DNA of 64,000 nt from Octopus sinensis (Eukaryota), in the NCBI RefSeq assembly GCF_006345805.1, contig NC_042997.1, forward strand, positions 108,190,001 to 108,254,000, given 5' to 3'. Shown piece after piece: positions 63,215-64,000 of the stretch; position 1 is the first letter of the stretch; every line of letters begins with the position of its first letter. The position numbers and the translations under genes were made by a program. Below the pieces are notes generated by a model that was given only the letters and a program-made list of their open reading frames with translations, was not told where the DNA came from and made no database searches.

Positions 63215-64000
63215 AAAATAAAAATACAAAATAAGTGGAAATTTTACCGATGAGTGTGTTATATTATAAGGCACAAAAAGAAAATGACTCTCCCCAGACA
63301 CAACAGAATATGCTTCAACACACAAACTCACATAAAGAATCTTGCAAACCAAACCCAAAAACGAAATATTTTATCCAATGTTTGTAAATTTTAGTTTTTT
63401 TATTTGTAAATTGAACCAAAATCAGGAATCAAAAGAAGGTTCTCATCTGTGATTTCAAAGAATTGTTAGCCAACCATAGACTTAGTTTAGATTCCAGTTG
63501 TAGAAGTCCAACAAATTGAGCAACTCAGTTATAAAATGTGAGAGCAGCCAGGTACAGGTGAACTCTTGTAATCTGATATGAATTCCCCCACCTACCACCA
63601 CCTATTGATGGTATTTAACAGAACAATGTGTAAAGGGGTTTGGCGTAGTGTAGCCACCAATTCTACATTCTCTGGACAACAAGAAACTCTGTTCCATAAA
63701 GTTAGTCATTTGTGAGTAAAACAAAACCTGGTAATTAACAACACACAGTATAATTAACAATAGAAAATATAATTAACAAAAAAGAATTAGTAATTGTTTA
63801 TCATTATGACATATTATAATTACCAAAATAGGTAATATTATTATTCTAGTTTTGGTGGAGGATTCTTTTATGTAATTAGAGAAATTGATTGACTCATATT
63901 ATCACATGCTTCCAAAATCATCATCATCATCATTATTATTGTTATTGTTGTTATTATTAAGGAAATGAACTGGCAGAATTGCTCACATATGTTAAGCAAG

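Larger units (their letters stand above)
63033..63309. repeat. Palindrome (about 135-bp arms, 8-nt loop), pLTR-derived, with a hammerhead in each arm
   Basis: Arms 63033-63168 and 63177-63309 with scattered mismatches and indels. Confidence 0.9.
1..64000. repeat. Dense microsatellites throughout ((AT)n, (CA)n, (GA)n, (TACA)n, (TAA)n, (TAG)n, (TATC)n, (TTC)n)
   Basis: Direct reading, e.g. 5780-5835, 9465-9560, 12310-12700, 32835-32930, 33990-34310, 51300-51370; these explain most poly-YI/CV/TH ORFs in the track. Confidence 0.97.

Noticed and set aside
1-64000. Poly-YI, CV, TH, I/Y and LL ORFs in the supplied track
   Set aside because: They are translations of microsatellites, and many start at TTG/GTG codons that are not meaningful here.

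Overview
Eukaryotic, repeat-saturated DNA, by inference from a coleoid cephalopod and most likely Octopus (very dense (AT)n/(CA)n/(TACA)n/(TAA)n microsatellites plus tRNA-derived SINEs). Most entries in the ORF track are microsatellite read-through or decayed transposon fragments. One host gene piece is well supported: the first coding exon of a UBA-domain protein resembling UBASH3/Sts (54231-54346, +). No further exon of it was recognised in the window. Transposons: R4/Dong-type RLE retrotransposons in (TAA)n tracts, a near-full Neptune-like Penelope element, two Naiad-like Penelope fragments, CR1/L2-group, RTE and Hero fragments, Helitron ends, Tc1/mariner and hAT remnants, and more than 20 SINE copies. 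The main result is a set of at least 13 minimal type I hammerhead ribozyme motifs from several unrelated Penelope pLTR families. Across families the core 3-8 pair covaries (C-G, U-A, G-C), and several carry an extra nucleotide after A9. All six long palindromes in the window have their fold-back axis at or just 5' of such a ribozyme. All alignments, folds and family assignments were made by eye, with no database searches; element boundaries are approximate unless termini or TSDs are quoted.
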